A stretch of DNA of 64,000 nt from Alphaproteobacteria bacterium (lineage in GTDB: Bacteria; Pseudomonadota; Alphaproteobacteria; GCA-2731375): contig CBDDPY010000002.1 in assembly GCA_965232515.1 (NCBI GenBank), positions 4,768,001 to 4,832,000 on the forward strand, read 5' to 3'. The notes under the pieces are model-generated. The model ran no database searches. It was not told the DNA's origin and was given only the letters and a program-made list of their open reading frames with translations. The position numbers were made by a program, and so were the translations under genes. This document shows, one piece after another, positions 60,887 through 64,000 of this stretch. Every line of letters begins with the position of its first letter. Position 1 is the stretch's first letter.

Positions 60887-61744
60887 TCAGGCGCGCGCGA
60901 GTCCTTTCGCGCAGAAGGCGTCCCAGTGAACGCCGTCATCGGTGATGACCTCCCACACATCAGGCCGCTCGGCCTGCACGCGGTTGAGGAAGGTCTCTAG
61001 CTTGATGAAGCAGGGCTGCCGCAGGCCGTGGAACTCGACCAGCGGGCCGATCGGATCGAAATAGATGCCGAGGCGCGACAGCAGACGCAGCAGCTTCGGC
61101 TCCATGGCCGCGCACCAATAACTGACGTCGTTTTCGACGCTCATGCGGACCAGGGATTCGATCAGGCCCAGCGTCATGTGCGGCGCCACCCGCCGTTCCT
61201 CGTCGGCCGGCAGCGGCCGGCCGTCGGTAATGCCATAGAGCGTATCGCCGCGCCGGCGCCGGAAGCCCTTGGAGATGGAGAAGCGCGAGACCTCGGCCAT
61301 CTGCGCCACTGGAAACCTCTCAGGATCCTTCAGCAGCGGCTCTTGGCAGACCTGCTGGACAGCGAAACTTTCATTCGGGTTTTCCGGATCCGGCAGCACC
61401 AGCCGAACCGTGCCGGCCATGTTGCCGCTCGGGCGATGGATCAACAGGCTGTGGGTCGATCGGTGATCGAAGGCATCGGTTTCGAGGCCGTCCGGATTAT
61501 CCGCCGGGTCTTCGAACGGATTCTCGACACAATAGACCTGATAGCGCAGCCGAAAGACGTCCTCGCGCAGCTCTTCCGTGGTCGCGGGAACGACCTCGAA
61601 CCAGCGACGATAGACCTCGATCAGGCGCTCTTCCTGTTGGCCGGATGACGTATCTTTCGATGCCGGATTGCCATCGGCAACCGATGCGAGTGACGTCGGC
61701 GCAGGTTCAACGGCCTGCACGGCGGCACGCTCGTGCTTGCTCAT
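60887..61744 (-). CDS. oxzA: PEP-CTERM/exosortase-associated N-acyl amino acid synthase (OxzA-like), copy 2
   Basis: FRLRYQVYCVE, ETDAFDHRSTHSLL, GTVRL, AEVSRF, MEPKLLRLL, GPLVEFHGLRQP. Confidence 0.85.
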   Translation of the reverse strand: MSKHERAAVQAVEPAPTSLASVADGNPASKDTSSGQQEERLIEVYRRWFEVVPATTEELREDVFRLRYQVYCVENPFEDPADNPDGLETDAFDHRSTHSLLIHRPSGNMAGTVRLVLPDPENPNESFAVQQVCQEPLLKDPERFPVAQMAEVSRFSISKGFRRRRGDTLYGITDGRPLPADEERRVAPHMTLGLIESLVRMSVENDVSYWCAAMEPKLLRLLSRLGIYFDPIGPLVEFHGLRQPCFIKLETFLNRVQAERPDVWEVITDDGVHWDAFCAKGLARA

Positions 61745-62036
61745 CAAGCTTCCCCCGAGTTCACCGCAAGTTGCCGTTTCCGCAACAACAGCGCGGTCCG
61801 TACGCAGGCCCCGCCGACACGAGGACCTTTTTGTTCCGGCGGCACAGGGCACAATCCGCCAGCGATCCTTGACCCCTATGCGAGGGTAGTCGCCGGAAGT
61901 TAAGAGCATACTAACGTGGGAACGGCGAGGCGGGTGCAGCCAGGGGTTGTGTGGGGTCATGCGGGCGCCGGCATTTTGGGCAATTGCCGGGGGGATGCGA
62001 AGCGGCGGCCCATGCCGCCGCTTCTTCGACAGCAGG

Positions 62037-62837
62037 TCAGGCGGACGTCCAGCCGAGTTCGGGCTGGAAGCCGCTGTGATGCGCGGCCACATGTTCGGCC
62101 GGCCATAGCTTGCCCTTGTTGGTGATCACCTCCCAGACATCCGGCCGGCGCTGGCGGACGCCCTTCAACAGCAGGTGAAGGTTCGAATAACAGGGCTGCC
62201 GGCGGCCATGATACTCGACCATGGGACCGACAGGTTGGAACACAAGGCCCAGGCCCGCGAGCAAGCGGAGCAGCGGCGGTTCGACCACAATGCACCAATG
62301 GGTGATGCGGTTCTCGACGCTCATCTGCACCAGGCTCTTGATCAGACCCAGGGTGACGTAGGGAATCAGCCGCCGTTGCTGCTTCGCGGCATCCTTGGCG
62401 GTCGTGCCCGCCGCGGTCGGCAACTGACGCAACGTCTTCGAGATGCAGAAGCGCGAGACCTCGGCGGAGGATTTGGCCGAAAACATCGGATAGTCGCTGA
62501 TCCGCTGAAACGGAAAGCTCCGGTTCGGATTGGACGGGTTCGGCAGGATCAGGCGGACCGTGCCGATAAACCGTTGGCTCGGCCGGTGGAACAGCAGGCT
62601 ATGCGCGGAACGGCCGTCGAATTCGTCGATTTCCAGGCCGTGCGGGTTTTGCTCGGGCGACTCGAACTGGTTTTCGAGGCAATAGACCTGATAGCGCAGC
62701 CGATGGACCTCTTCCAGCAGCTCCGAGCTGTCCGCCGGCACCACGGCAAAGTACTTCTCATAGAGCGCCGCCAGGGAGTTCTGGCGCGGCGTGGTCTGTT
62801 CGCTGTTCAAGTTGTGATCGGTCCCTGCAACAGGCAT
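62037..62837 (-). CDS. oxzA: PEP-CTERM/exosortase-associated N-acyl amino acid synthase (OxzA-like), copy 1
   Basis: HRLRYQVYCLE, EIDEFDGRSAHSLL, GTVRL, AEVSRF, VEPPLLRLL, GPMVEYHGRRQP. Start is 62837 or GTG 62885. Confidence 0.85.
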   Translation of the reverse strand: MPVAGTDHNLNSEQTTPRQNSLAALYEKYFAVVPADSSELLEEVHRLRYQVYCLENQFESPEQNPHGLEIDEFDGRSAHSLLFHRPSQRFIGTVRLILPNPSNPNRSFPFQRISDYPMFSAKSSAEVSRFCISKTLRQLPTAAGTTAKDAAKQQRRLIPYVTLGLIKSLVQMSVENRITHWCIVVEPPLLRLLAGLGLVFQPVGPMVEYHGRRQPCYSNLHLLLKGVRQRRPDVWEVITNKGKLWPAEHVAAHHSGFQPELGWTSA

Positions 62838-63018
62838 ATGCGATTCTTCCAACTTGTGAGGGGAATGGTTCTTGCTGTCGTTCACGTCAGGCGATCGTGT
62901 CTCTCGTCAGCGAGCGGTTATATTGGGCCAGGATCATGAAAAAGAAATTATGGGAATAGTGTCAAAAGTTAGCCCTAGGGGCGCCTAAAATTGCCACAGG
63001 TCATTGACAGTATTCGCC

Positions 63019-63034
63019 TTAACCATTTGTTAAC
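63019..63034. promoter_or_regulatory. CtrA consensus binding site
   Basis: TTAA-CCATTTG-TTAAC is an exact TTAA-N7-TTAAC match, in the AT-rich intergenic region upstream of the acyltransferase genes. Confidence 0.7.
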
Positions 63035-63419
63035 CTTTCCTTGAACATCATTGTAAAAAGGCAGAACTACAGCCTCTTGCCGAGACACTAAGTCTGGCAA
63101 CTGCACCCAATTAATCTGCAAGCCGACTGTCGGCCCCTTCCGAATCACCCCTTCCTATAGGCTAGCACAACGCTTGCGTCGTGCAGCGGAAAAAATCTCC
63201 AGAATCAACGACTTCCGTTAACTAAGACCGACTTTTCGCGGCGCATGTACTAGGCATTCGACCAATGCCGGTGCCGGGCGCCAGAGCGTCGTCGCGTCAA
63301 CATCAGGCATTGAGCCGGCACCGAATCTGATGATGATATGATGCAATCGCGCGGCACCGATTGCCGGTGTATTCGGTCGCGGTGATGCACGATCAACGGG
63401 TGAGGGATAATTCTGTGTC

Positions 63420-64000
63420 ATGAAAGCGATGTTGTGTAAGGCCTATGGGCCGCCCGAGAGCCTGGTGCTCGAGGACATCGAGCCGGCCGCGCTGGGGGAA
63501 AACGATGTGCGGATCAACGTGCGGGCGGCCGGGGTCAACTTCCCCGATGTGCTGATCATTCAGGGCAAGTACCAGTTCAAGCCGCCGTTTCCATTCGCGC
63601 CCGGCGCCGAGTGCGCCGGCGACGTGGTCGAGGTCGGCGGCAAGGTTTCGCATCTGAAACCCGGCGATCGGGTGATTGCCAACACCGGACACGGCGCCTT
63701 CGCGGAACAGGTGACGACCTCGGCCCGCCGGGTCATGGCCATGCCCGATGAGATGGACTTTGTCACCGGCGCCTCGATCTCGCTGACCTACGGCACCACG
63801 GCGCACGCCTTCATCCAGCGGGCCGACCTGCAGCCCGGCGAGACGGTGCTGGTGCACGGCGCCTCAGGCGGCGTCGGTCTGGCCGCGGTCGAGATGGCGC
63901 GGGCCATGGGCGCGCACGTGATCGCCACCGGTGGCAGCGACGAGAAGCTGAAGGTGGCGGCCGAGCACGGCGCCGAGCACGTGATCAACTACAGCGCCGG
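63420..64000 (+). CDS. NADPH:quinone oxidoreductase (zeta-crystallin/MDR family), 3' end outside window
   Basis: Translated by hand: MKAMLCKAYGPPESL...AAGVNFPD...GKYQFKPPFPFAPGAE...TYGT...VHGASGGVG. Missing from the ORF track because it has no stop in the window. Confidence 0.92.
   Translation, partial: MKAMLCKAYGPPESLVLEDIEPAALGENDVRINVRAAGVNFPDVLIIQGKYQFKPPFPFAPGAECAGDVVEVGGKVSHLKPGDRVIANTGHGAFAEQVTTSARRVMAMPDEMDFVTGASISLTYGTTAHAFIQRADLQPGETVLVHGASGGVGLAAVEMARAMGAHVIATGGSDEKLKVAAEHGAEHVINYSA

Noticed and set aside
60887-62885. Acyltransferases as LuxI AHL synthases
   Set aside because: They share the fold and an RLRY..F/Y start, but the YQVYC, HSLL and HG.RQP motifs and the PEP-CTERM context match the exosortase-associated family. 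There is no luxR nearby.
62886-63419. sigma54 promoter or PrsR boxes for the acyltransferase genes
   Set aside because: The TGGCA-containing candidates have the wrong GG-N10-GC spacing, and I found no good match to the 17-mer.

Overview
This is a GC-rich chromosomal window from an alphaproteobacterium, probably Rhodospirillales-like. That placement is inferred from the argG-MAPEG-rlmN-ialB-ECF-trmH and cspA-rpsU-rhlE gene contexts, the CtrA-type boxes and the intergenic palindrome families. It holds about 64 CDSs. I saw no tRNA, rRNA, CRISPR array, integrase or transposase. Core genes (folD, argG, rlmN, rpsU, msrA, alkB) frame a long patchwork of regulator-plus-enzyme modules. The most notable locus is at 57.5-63.0 kb. 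There a sigma54-driven PEP-CTERM surface-protein gene converges on a ThiF-nitroreductase fusion (oxazolone synthetase OxzB architecture). The fusion is preceded by two tandem PEP-CTERM/exosortase-associated N-acyl amino acid synthases (OxzA-like), with a perfect CtrA box upstream. Other oddities: (1) a HAAT/Liv-type ABC operon with a third ATPase that lacks the whole helical/signature subdomain; (2) a chemoreceptor joining a periplasmic NIT sensor to duplicated Aer2-type PAS-heme domains; (3) an orphan PomAB-like stator led by a pseudo-receiver; (4) a class D beta-lactamase; (5) two tiny membrane peptides; (6) a dense set of several REP-like palindrome families at 44-53 kb. All calls come from reading motifs by eye, with no database searches. 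Start codons are best estimates.
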